Below, in pieces: positions 36,861 to 46,057 of a stretch of DNA of 64,000 nt (its first letter is position 1; the number at the start of each line of letters is the position of its first letter). The DNA comes from Chitinophagia bacterium. GTDB taxonomy: Bacteria; Bacteroidota; Bacteroidia; Chitinophagales; Chitinophagaceae. The stretch covers positions 8,149 to 72,148 of the forward strand of contig JAJPJP010000247.1 in the NCBI GenBank assembly GCA_021324175.1. The letters are read 5' to 3'. The notes beneath the pieces are model-generated. The model searched no databases, was not told the origin of the DNA, and was given only the letters and a program-made list of their open reading frames with translations. The position numbers and the translations under genes were made by a program.

Positions 36861-37009
36861 AATTAAGAGCGCATTTTTGCGTTATAACCTATGTTAAAAA
36901 GATGCAAATTTCAACATTAATCAATCAAAATAAAAATCATTTATTAGTGCTTGAGTTTGTTACCGATGAATTGACTTATTTTTGCAAGCAGTTCAAAAAT
37001 TTTTTCCTG

Positions 37010-38290
37010 TTGAAGACCATTATTTGTGCTTTTCTTACAGCCTCTTTGCTCTACGCGTGCGCGCAGCAACCGCAAAAACAAGCGAAAGTAGTCCAGGTCG
37101 CGGACTCGGCGAAAAGTCTGCCTGGCCTTCCCCAGCTTAGCGAAAACGAAATTCGTCGATATTCCCAGGCATCTGGCCATTTTTTTGATTCCCTTCTCGG
37201 CCGCGGATTCAATGGTTGCGTCTTGGTAGCAAAAAACAATGAAATTGTTTACGAACGGTATACTGGGTTTAAGAAACTAAGTCCAAAGAGGGATATAGGC
37301 GATACCTTGGATGCCCATACTCCAATTCATTTGGCTTCAGTCTCCAAGACGTTTACGGCTATGGCAATCTTGAAGCTTTGGGAACAGGGTAAACTCGATA
37401 TTCATGATGAAGTCTCCAAATACCTTCTGGGATTCCCGTTCCCTGGAACAACAATAAAATTGTTGCTCAGTCATCGCAGCGGTTTAAGGAACTATGTCCA
37501 TTTTATGGATCGCTCAAATTGGAATAAGAGAAATTTTCTTACAAACAATGATGTTTTGCAATATATTATCGCTCATCCCTCTGAAGTGCGTTCTGCACCT
37601 CCCGGAAGGCATTTTGAGTATTCTAACACAAACTATGCACTGCTGGCCTTAATAATTGAGAAAGCTTCGGGACAATCGTATGCCGATTTTATCACCCATG
37701 CGTTCTTCAAGCCGTTACAAATGCAAGATAGCTACGTCTTCAACTTGAATGATACGGCAAGATCAGAAAAATCATATAAAAGAAGTGGCAGACCTTTCCA
37801 GCTCGAATACCTTGACCAGGTATACGGCGACAAAAATGTATTCAGCACCACACATGATTTGCTAAAATGGGATATTGCGTTACGCTCAGGAAATATGTTT
37901 ACTCCGGCAACATTAGACAGCGCCTATATGCCTTACAGCTTTGAAAAGGCTGGGAAGAGAAATTATGGCTTGGGTTGGAGGATGTTATTAATTGGAAACG
38001 GCAAGAAATTGATTTATCATAACGGCTGGTGGCATGGAAACCGCACAGTTTTTATCAGGATGCTGGACGAGAACGCTACAATTATCGCATTAAGCAATAA
38101 CGACTATTCTAAAGTATATGCATCGAAAAAGCTGTGCGATCTATTCGGTGACTACAAACAAGGCCGTGACAGTTTCGACGACAGCGAAAATGAACCTGGC
38201 GGCAAATACGGGGAAAATCCCCCTCCCCGAGCTTACCATGGCCGGATGCGCCGTCATCACCGTTCCAGAAAAAAGCAGGCTACCGCGTAA
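37010..38290 (+). CDS. Serine hydrolase (beta-lactamase family) lipoprotein
   Basis: SVSK, YSN and HNG motifs; lipobox LYAC; TTG 37010 chosen because -7 element TATTTTTG lies at 36977. Confidence 0.85.
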   Translation: MKTIICAFLTASLLYACAQQPQKQAKVVQVADSAKSLPGLPQLSENEIRRYSQASGHFFDSLLGRGFNGCVLVAKNNEIVYERYTGFKKLSPKRDIGDTLDAHTPIHLASVSKTFTAMAILKLWEQGKLDIHDEVSKYLLGFPFPGTTIKLLLSHRSGLRNYVHFMDRSNWNKRNFLTNNDVLQYIIAHPSEVRSAPPGRHFEYSNTNYALLALIIEKASGQSYADFITHAFFKPLQMQDSYVFNLNDTARSEKSYKRSGRPFQLEYLDQVYGDKNVFSTTHDLLKWDIALRSGNMFTPATLDSAYMPYSFEKAGKRNYGLGWRMLLIGNGKKLIYHNGWWHGNRTVFIRMLDENATIIALSNNDYSKVYASKKLCDLFGDYKQGRDSFDDSENEPGGKYGENPPPRAYHGRMRRHHRSRKKQATA

Positions 38291-38459
38291 AAATTTTGAT
38301 CTTTCGTAATGCAGGAGTTTCCCGCCCACGACAGTTCCTCCTCTACTATTCTTCAGCCGTTCGAATTGAACAATCCAATCGCTTCTTGAGAACATTTATA
38401 TCCGATTGTTCGGAGCAAGTGAATTAAAATTGAACGAAAATTATTCAGTAAATTTCCTT

Positions 38460-39974
38460 ATGCAAATTCTTAGCGCTGAACAAATCAGGAAGTGGGATGA
38501 ATACACGATTTTGAATGAGCCGATTCAATCCATTGATCTGATGGAAATGGCAGCGACGAAATGTGTGGAATGGCTAAGGGATCGGGAGTATTTTAAAAGA
38601 AGCATTGTTATTTTTTGCGGCAAGGGGAATAACGGCGGAGACGGCCTTGCGATAGCGAGGCTCTTGTCGAACGAAGGATGCCAGGTTACGGTCGCAATCT
38701 TGGAACACGGGCATAGGGGTACCGAAGATTTTCAAATTAACCTGGCACGTTTGCATGAAACCTCTGTAGCTCTAAAGTTCATCCAGTCGGCCGAACATTT
38801 CAACGTGGTTGGCCCCGACAGTGTTCTCATAGATGCACTATTGGGATCGGGATTAAACAGACCATTAGACGGACTTACCGCACGATTAGTCGACTTTATG
38901 AATAAAGCCGGCAACGAAATTTTGGCAATTGACATTCCATCGGGTCTTTTTGCCGATAGTAACTCCCAGGGAAATATTATAATAAGAGCAAAGCATACGC
39001 TGAGCTTTCAGTGTTACAAGCTGTCCTTTCTTCTAGCCCAGAATCAGCATTTCATTGGTGATGTTCAAATTCTTGATATCGGCTTAAATCCAACGTATTT
39101 GACTAATGTTTCGGCCAAATATGAGCTAGTTGACAATAGATTGGCGCAACTTTTATTCAAACCCCGGTCAAATTTTTCCCATAAAGGGACCTATGGGCAT
39201 GCCGTCATCATAGCCGGCAGTTTTGGCAAAATGGGGGCTGCTGTATTGGCCGCAAAGGCGTGTTTAAAGGCGGGCGCAGGATTACTAACTGTTCATATCC
39301 CAGGTTGCGGATATACAATTATGCAAACTTTTCTTCCCGAGGCGATGGTACAATGTGACACAAATGATAAGATTATAACGGGAGTCAAAGACTTGCCACC
39401 CAAATGCAACGCATTGGGCGTCGGACCCGGAATTGGAACGAGCTCAGAGACGTTCGCCATGATTAAGGCACTCTTAGGCGAATTTCAAAAACCTATAGTA
39501 ATCGATGCGGATGGCCTGAATATATTGGCTTCGAATCCTGAACTACTTTCAAAGGTTCCCCCCTACTCTATTCTGACGCCTCATCCGAAAGAATTTGAAC
39601 GGTTATTTGGCAAATCGACAAATGAATTTGAACAGTTAGATCTTGCGATACATAAGGCTGATAAACTAAAATGCATCGTCATCCTGAAAGGCCATCGAAC
39701 GTTCATCGCTACTCCTGAAGGTAAGGGATACTTTAATTCCACCGGCAATGCGGGAATGGCGAAAGGCGGTTCTGGAGATATTCTTACAGGAATGCTAACC
39801 AGTCTTCTTGCACAGAATTATGAACCTTGGCAGGCGGCTGTTCTTGGCGTATTTCTCCACGGCCTTGCAGGGGATTTCGCGTCTGCTGCTGAATCGCAGC
39901 AATCAGTTCTGGCCTCTGATATAATTAATCATTTCGGAGATGCTTTTTTATTTATTCAAAGGAAAAGTTTATAG
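38460..39974 (+). CDS. nnr: Bifunctional NAD(P)H-hydrate epimerase/dehydratase
   Basis: GKGNNGGDG, DALLGSG, DIPSG, HKGTYG, DADG, LTPHPKEF, GGSGDILTG. Confidence 0.93.
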   Translation: MQILSAEQIRKWDEYTILNEPIQSIDLMEMAATKCVEWLRDREYFKRSIVIFCGKGNNGGDGLAIARLLSNEGCQVTVAILEHGHRGTEDFQINLARLHETSVALKFIQSAEHFNVVGPDSVLIDALLGSGLNRPLDGLTARLVDFMNKAGNEILAIDIPSGLFADSNSQGNIIIRAKHTLSFQCYKLSFLLAQNQHFIGDVQILDIGLNPTYLTNVSAKYELVDNRLAQLLFKPRSNFSHKGTYGHAVIIAGSFGKMGAAVLAAKACLKAGAGLLTVHIPGCGYTIMQTFLPEAMVQCDTNDKIITGVKDLPPKCNALGVGPGIGTSSETFAMIKALLGEFQKPIVIDADGLNILASNPELLSKVPPYSILTPHPKEFERLFGKSTNEFEQLDLAIHKADKLKCIVILKGHRTFIATPEGKGYFNSTGNAGMAKGGSGDILTGMLTSLLAQNYEPWQAAVLGVFLHGLAGDFASAAESQQSVLASDIINHFGDAFLFIQRKSL

Positions 39975-40115
39975 AATTGATAAATTGAACCATGTTTTGA
40001 TAATAATACATTATTGACTGCAAACAAACATCAATTCGCCTAATAAAATTCTGACGGCCAGAAAAATTCCCTAATTTGACGGATTAGTTGAATACAAAAC
40101 GAGATTGACCTGATT

Positions 40116-40847
40116 ATGAAATTGAACTGCGGGGGATTCCTTTTCCTTGTTTTTTTGATTATATCTGCACCTAAAGTCTCCGCCCAGGATTCGAGCCTGA
40201 TTCAAGCAGCAGCTTCTTCGGCTCTTGCTTTTTATTACAACTATATCGGCGAGGAAGCACATTTGTATGATGGTAGCGAACATGCTCCCTATGATTTTCG
40301 GATTAAAGGTCATCCTTATTTTGAGACAAACCTCTTGCAGAAAGGGAGTGTAAATTATAATGATATTGCTTACTCATCAATAGATCTTGCATATGATATC
40401 GTCAGGGACGAGCTGACGACAAACAGGTACAAGAACAATTTCAGGATGTCTCTTTTCAATGATAAGATCAAATCATTTTCAATTACGGGTCACTTTTTTG
40501 TCAGGATAGTTCAAGATACTATCCAAAAATCACCCCTCGAGACCGGATTTTATGAACTCCTCTATGATGGTAAAATGAAGGCATATGCCAAAAGAAGGAA
40601 GATCATTAACGAAAAGGTTACTGCTGACGAAGGAGATCGACTTTGGTTTGAGGAAACCGATTCATATTACGTTAAGCGCGATGAAAAATTTTACAGAATT
40701 AAGGAGAAAAAAGACCTTTTTACCTTATTCAAAAGTCAAAAGAAAGATTTGAGGAAATACCTTAGAAAAAATAAGATCAGATATAAAGAACAGCCTGGAA
40801 TGACAATTATTAAATCTATCGAATATATTGACCATTCAATAAAATAA
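40116..40847 (+). CDS. Secreted hypothetical protein
   Basis: Signal peptide; first gene of the TBDR locus. Confidence 0.75.
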   Translation: MKLNCGGFLFLVFLIISAPKVSAQDSSLIQAAASSALAFYYNYIGEEAHLYDGSEHAPYDFRIKGHPYFETNLLQKGSVNYNDIAYSSIDLAYDIVRDELTTNRYKNNFRMSLFNDKIKSFSITGHFFVRIVQDTIQKSPLETGFYELLYDGKMKAYAKRRKIINEKVTADEGDRLWFEETDSYYVKRDEKFYRIKEKKDLFTLFKSQKKDLRKYLRKNKIRYKEQPGMTIIKSIEYIDHSIK

Positions 40848-40849
40848 AG

Positions 40850-43633
40850 ATGAAATTTTGTTGGCGCCAATATTTTTCTTTTTTTGCTTTCTTATTAGTT
40901 TGCCAAGTCGTATTTGCCCAACCGGAGCAAATGATTACCGGAGACTTCTCAAATTTGAGCTTTGACCAGTTTATTCACCAACTTGAATCCGCTACACGCT
41001 ATCACTTTTTTTTTGATACTTCTCAAACAAACAACCTTACAGTAACACTTAAGATTAATGACAAACCTTTGCGCATAGTATTACAGCAATTGTTTAACAA
41101 GACAGATTTTCGTTTTGCTATCGATGAAGACCGAAATGTATTCATCACAAAAAAGATTCAAATTCAAACAACATTGCCTGACGGTTTTTTTGACCGGAGT
41201 TTTTCGCCCGATACTGCCGTTGCGGAATCAAATATGATCCCAACCGAAAGCGCTGAGGATATTGAAAGAGACAAATTAAGCGCATCGTTGGAGAACCGTC
41301 TATTTGAAATTGGTCAACGGACAAGCCAAATTAAACCTGGCCGATCAACCATCGCCGGTTATGTCAAAGACATGAAGTCTGGTGAACCAATCGCTGGCGC
41401 AGCCGTGTACCTTGAAAATACCCGCGCGGGGGTTGTGACGGATCAATTTGGATATTTTTCGCTGACTTTGCCGAGAGGACGGCATACGATTCGCATTAGC
41501 AGCGTAGGAATGAAGGATACCAAGCGCGAAGTAGTAGTCTATTCTGACGGAAAGCTCAATATTGAAATGCAAGATTTTGTGCAAAGTCTTAAAGCGGTTA
41601 TTGTAGGCGCCGAAAAAACTTCCAATATCAGAGGGCTTCAAATGGGAGTAGAACGACTTAACATAAAAATGATTAAGCAGGTTCCGGTGGTATTTGGCGA
41701 GGCAGATGTCCTGAGAACAGTATTAACGTTGCCTGGAGTAACATCTGTTGGCGAGGCGAGCACGGGTTTCAATGTTCGGGGAGGCTCAGCTGACCAAAAC
41801 CTAATTTTGTTCAGCGATGCGACCATATATAATCCATCTCATCTTTTTGGTTTTTTCTCTGCCTTCAATCCCGATGTTGTAAAAGATGTTGAGTTGTACA
41901 AGAGCAGCATTCCTGAAAAATATGGTGGGCGTCTTTCCTCAGTTCTTGATGTTACTGCAAGAGAAGGCAATAGAAAAAAGTTTTCTGGCGTGGGCGGCAT
42001 CGGCCCGCTCACAAGCAGATTAACACTGGAGGGGCCAATTGTTAATGACAAAACTTCCTTTATAATAGGTGGGCGAACGACCTATTCAGATTGGATTCTC
42101 AAAAATATTCCAAATGATGAATACCATAATAGCCGAGCGTCATTCTATGACTTAAATTTAAATATCAATCATGAGTTCAATTCGAAAAACTCCATCTATT
42201 TAACTGGATATTTGAGTCATGATCAATTTCGCTTGAATAGTGATACTACTTACAAATACAGCAACAAGAATTTGAATGTCAAATGGAAACATATTTTCAA
42301 TAACAAATTCTACAGCGTCTTCCTAGTGGGTCATGATCAATACGAATATTCTGTCTCAAGTACATTGAATCCCGTTAATGCTTTTAACCTTGCTTTTCAA
42401 ATTGACCAAACAAATGTCCGTGCCGACTTTACTTATGTGCCGTCCTCAAATCATACAATAGATTTTGGAATCTCATCATTGCACTATTCACTTCAACCCG
42501 GCTCTTTTACGCCTGTCGGGCCGCGATCGTTGGTGGTTCCAGACTTTGTTCAGCGTGAGCAGGCTCTTGAAAATGCCGCTTATATCGGGGACAAGTTTGA
42601 GATTAGTCCTGCATTGTCGGTGCAGGGAGGACTCCGCTACTCTTTTTATGGATACCTCGGCTCTCATGACGTTTATACCTATGCTGCCGGCCTACCCAAA
42701 AGTGTTGGAACAATCCAGGATACGCTTTCGTATGGGCCGAATTCAATAATTAAAACCTATGGCGGTCCCGAATACCGAATATCTGCCAGATGGACACTTT
42801 CAACTAATACATCGTTGAAAGCGAGCTACAATACCCTCAGGCAATATATTCATTTGCTCACCAATAGCACATCAATATCGCCAACGGACATTTGGAAATT
42901 GAGCGACCCGAATATTAAGCCACAGACTGGCGACCAATATTCCATAGGGTTGTATCAGAATTTCAAATCGAATACCATAGAAACTTCTTTTGAGTTGTAT
43001 TACAAGAACATTTGGCATTACCTTGATTATAAAAGCGGAGCTACTCTGGTTCTAAATAGTCATATCGAAACAGATGTTTTTAATACAAAGGGCAAATCTT
43101 ACGGTGCGGAATTCATGATAAAAAAATCAACCGGCAAGCTCAATGGATGGTTAAGTTATACCTATTCCCGAACTTTGCTTAAACAGGATGATCCGCTTGC
43201 AGGACAGACGATCAATAATGGCGACTTCTATCCGGCAGATTTCGACAAACCGCATAGTGTAAATTTCATTGGAAATTATCGTTTTTCTCATCGGTTCAGT
43301 GTGTCACTTGACGTAGTCTATAGTACAGGCCGTCCAATTACGCTTCCAGTTGCAGTATATTATCTGGCGGGCTCGCAAAGAGTTTTCTATTCGGAACGAA
43401 ATCAATATCGTGTGCCCGATTATTTCCGGACCGATCTTTCGATGAATATTGAGGGTAATCACAAGGTGAAAAAATTCAAACATAGTTCCTGGACGCTGGG
43501 AGTCTACAATCTTACAGCAAGAAAAAACCCATATTCAATATATTTTGTTGAACAGGGAGGCCTGATTCAGGGATATAAGCTTTCTATATTTGGCACCGCT
43601 ATACCATTCATCACTTACAACTTCAGATTCTGA
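40850..43633 (+). CDS. TonB-dependent receptor with N-terminal STN-like and carboxypeptidase-regulatory-like domains
   Basis: Plug motifs LPGV...GFNVRGGSADQN and YGGRLSSV; C-terminal YNFRF. Confidence 0.93.
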   Translation: MKFCWRQYFSFFAFLLVCQVVFAQPEQMITGDFSNLSFDQFIHQLESATRYHFFFDTSQTNNLTVTLKINDKPLRIVLQQLFNKTDFRFAIDEDRNVFITKKIQIQTTLPDGFFDRSFSPDTAVAESNMIPTESAEDIERDKLSASLENRLFEIGQRTSQIKPGRSTIAGYVKDMKSGEPIAGAAVYLENTRAGVVTDQFGYFSLTLPRGRHTIRISSVGMKDTKREVVVYSDGKLNIEMQDFVQSLKAVIVGAEKTSNIRGLQMGVERLNIKMIKQVPVVFGEADVLRTVLTLPGVTSVGEASTGFNVRGGSADQNLILFSDATIYNPSHLFGFFSAFNPDVVKDVELYKSSIPEKYGGRLSSVLDVTAREGNRKKFSGVGGIGPLTSRLTLEGPIVNDKTSFIIGGRTTYSDWILKNIPNDEYHNSRASFYDLNLNINHEFNSKNSIYLTGYLSHDQFRLNSDTTYKYSNKNLNVKWKHIFNNKFYSVFLVGHDQYEYSVSSTLNPVNAFNLAFQIDQTNVRADFTYVPSSNHTIDFGISSLHYSLQPGSFTPVGPRSLVVPDFVQREQALENAAYIGDKFEISPALSVQGGLRYSFYGYLGSHDVYTYAAGLPKSVGTIQDTLSYGPNSIIKTYGGPEYRISARWTLSTNTSLKASYNTLRQYIHLLTNSTSISPTDIWKLSDPNIKPQTGDQYSIGLYQNFKSNTIETSFELYYKNIWHYLDYKSGATLVLNSHIETDVFNTKGKSYGAEFMIKKSTGKLNGWLSYTYSRTLLKQDDPLAGQTINNGDFYPADFDKPHSVNFIGNYRFSHRFSVSLDVVYSTGRPITLPVAVYYLAGSQRVFYSERNQYRVPDYFRTDLSMNIEGNHKVKKFKHSSWTLGVYNLTARKNPYSIYFVEQGGLIQGYKLSIFGTAIPFITYNFRF

Positions 43634-43635
43634 CC

Positions 43636-44838
43636 ATGAGGATAGGAAGAGATTTTTTGCGCTTGTCGGCTCTTGTTGTGCTACTGCCTGCTTGCAGGCA
43701 GCCCTATTTCCCCAAAGTTGTGGCCGGCAATCTGGGATACCTGGTTGTTGATGGAATTATAGCAAGCGGGCAGGAATCTACAATTATCACGCTTTCCAGG
43801 ACGCAAAACCTTACAGACACGCTAACTGCTTTTACAGGTGAAACCGGTGCTCTCGTCAGCATCCTAGGACAAAATGGCGAGGTTTTTCCCATGGCGGATC
43901 AGGGAAATGGACGTTACCTGGCCTTGGAGCTAAATCTGAATTTTAGTGAACTTTACCAGTTAGGAATTACTACCACAAATGGCAAGGCTTATTTGTCTGA
44001 ACCGTTTCCGGTCAGGCAAACGCCTCCCATCGACAGCGTATCCTGGACGTATGACAGTTCGCTCGTTCATGTTTTTGTAAATACACACGATCCCGCGAAC
44101 AATTCGCGCTTTTATCGCTGGGAATATACCGAAACCTGGCAGTATCAATCGACATATTTCTCGCAACTGATTTATCAAAACGGGACGCTGCGAAAAAGAA
44201 CAGACTCCGAACAGATCTATAATTGTTGGACGACGACTAATTCAACTTCTATTTTGGTTGGAACTTCGGAAAATCTTAGCCGGGACTTGATTTATAATCA
44301 ACCCCTTTTTGTCGATTCGCTTTTCGTATATTATTATCCTGTTGACCATTCGCTGATTCTACCTGCTATGTCGCAGAAATTTGTTATGGAGTACAGCGTT
44401 CTGGTTTCTCAGTATGCGATTACTGACAGCGCCTACGCATATTGGCAAAATCTTAAAATGAACACGGAAGAATTAGGCTCACTGTTTTCCCCTCAACCGA
44501 ATTCGCAACTTGGGGGCAATATCCACTGCTTGACGAATCCAAATGAACCGGTAATCGGATTTATATCGGCGAGCACGCTTCAGCAAAACCGGATATTTAT
44601 CAACCATTATCAGCTTAGACGCGGTACTGCGCCCGAACCCGAAATCGGATGTTTTGAGCAGCTGTTTCCTCCCGATTCCCTCTCCTATTATTTGCCTTAC
44701 CAAGCTTTATATTCGCCTATAGACAGCGCATTTAATGTCGCTGGGGTCTTTATCGGAATTGATGCCGGACCAACCTATTGTGTGGATTGCAGGGCTGACG
44801 GCGGAACAACAATCAAACCCGGCTATTGGCCAAATTGA
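43636..44838 (+). CDS. DUF4249 family lipoprotein (paralogue 1)
   Basis: Lipobox LPAC, LVVDG, PPIDSV, YRWEY.ETW, GNIHC, CVDC...GGTT.KP.YWP. Confidence 0.85.
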   Translation: MRIGRDFLRLSALVVLLPACRQPYFPKVVAGNLGYLVVDGIIASGQESTIITLSRTQNLTDTLTAFTGETGALVSILGQNGEVFPMADQGNGRYLALELNLNFSELYQLGITTTNGKAYLSEPFPVRQTPPIDSVSWTYDSSLVHVFVNTHDPANNSRFYRWEYTETWQYQSTYFSQLIYQNGTLRKRTDSEQIYNCWTTTNSTSILVGTSENLSRDLIYNQPLFVDSLFVYYYPVDHSLILPAMSQKFVMEYSVLVSQYAITDSAYAYWQNLKMNTEELGSLFSPQPNSQLGGNIHCLTNPNEPVIGFISASTLQQNRIFINHYQLRRGTAPEPEIGCFEQLFPPDSLSYYLPYQALYSPIDSAFNVAGVFIGIDAGPTYCVDCRADGGTTIKPGYWPN

Positions 44839-44890
44839 ATTAGACGAGTTTTTCAGAAAATGACGATCTAAAAAGACTGAACTAAATGGC

Positions 44891-46045
44891 ATGAACAAGA
44901 ACTTGATTTATATTTTCATTTTTCTTATTATATCTGGCCTCATCGGTTGTGTTCAGCGATTTATCCCCCCCGTTAACCAATCTAACCCTAACTACCTTGT
45001 TGTGGATGGATCGATCGTGAGCGGGCAAGATTCAACAATTATTAATCTGAGTCGGACAACGAATGTGAATGATTCGTCGCAATATGTATTTAATCCGGAA
45101 TCTGGCGCCTTAGTTAGCGTCGTCGGTATTAACGGTGATGTTTATCCGCTCATCGAGCAAAGCCCGGGCAGATATGTGGTCGATCAGCTAAATCTGAATC
45201 AAAATGAACTTTACAAACTGCAGATTACGACGGCTTCCGGAAGCCAATATCTTTCTGACTCCATCGCTGTCTTGCCTACCCCTCCTATTGATAGTGTTTC
45301 CTGGGAATTGCAGGGCGACGGCGTGCACATTTATGTCAATACTCACGATCCGCAAAATAAGACCCGGTACTATCGCTGGAAGACGGTGCAGACCTGGGAG
45401 TACCATTCGTCCTATGACGCGCTGGTGCAATTTACTAATGGTACGGTAGAACCCGTGGATTCTAATGATCAGCAATTCAGGTGCTGGCTGAACGTTCCTT
45501 CCACTAACCTTATATTGGGTTCTTCTGCAAAACTCGCGCAAGACATAATTTACCAACAACCTGTCGCTTTTATCCCTTTGAATTCCCAACAATTGAGCGT
45601 AGAATACAGTATTGTCGTAACTCAATATGCACTTAGCCAGCAGGCTTATTCGTTTTGGCAGTTATTGCAACAAAATACTGAGCAACTGGGAAGCCTTTTT
45701 GATGTCCAACCCTCGGAGCAGACGGGTAATTTGCACAACGTGGCGAATCCCAGGGAACCTGTGTTGGGGTATGTTTCTATTTCGACGCCACAACAGCAAC
45801 GCATATTCATAAGCTACTATCAGGTACTGAATACATGGGCTTATCCATCACAGTTGGCAGACTGCCCTTTGAAAATTGTGCCATTGGATAGTCTTAATTA
45901 TTATTTCACTTCCGGATTCGTACCTGTCTATGCAGACGTTGATCAGTCGACTGGCCAGCTGATTGGTTATTATTCGGCTTATGACTATTGCGTCCGGTGT
46001 GTTGAAGGAGGTGGAACGACGGCAAAACCGCCCTTTTGGCCATAA
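44891..46045 (+). CDS. DUF4249 family lipoprotein (paralogue 2)
   Basis: Lipobox LIGC, LVVDG, PPIDSV, YYRW, CVRC...GGTTAKPPFWP. Confidence 0.85.
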   Translation: MNKNLIYIFIFLIISGLIGCVQRFIPPVNQSNPNYLVVDGSIVSGQDSTIINLSRTTNVNDSSQYVFNPESGALVSVVGINGDVYPLIEQSPGRYVVDQLNLNQNELYKLQITTASGSQYLSDSIAVLPTPPIDSVSWELQGDGVHIYVNTHDPQNKTRYYRWKTVQTWEYHSSYDALVQFTNGTVEPVDSNDQQFRCWLNVPSTNLILGSSAKLAQDIIYQQPVAFIPLNSQQLSVEYSIVVTQYALSQQAYSFWQLLQQNTEQLGSLFDVQPSEQTGNLHNVANPREPVLGYVSISTPQQQRIFISYYQVLNTWAYPSQLADCPLKIVPLDSLNYYFTSGFVPVYADVDQSTGQLIGYYSAYDYCVRCVEGGGTTAKPPFWP

Positions 46046-46057
46046 ATCTAAATTTCG

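Noticed and set aside
39998-40016. Fur-box-like sequence upstream of the TBDR locus
   Set aside because: aataat-ac-attatt has the wrong spacing for a Fur box and lies in very AT-rich DNA.
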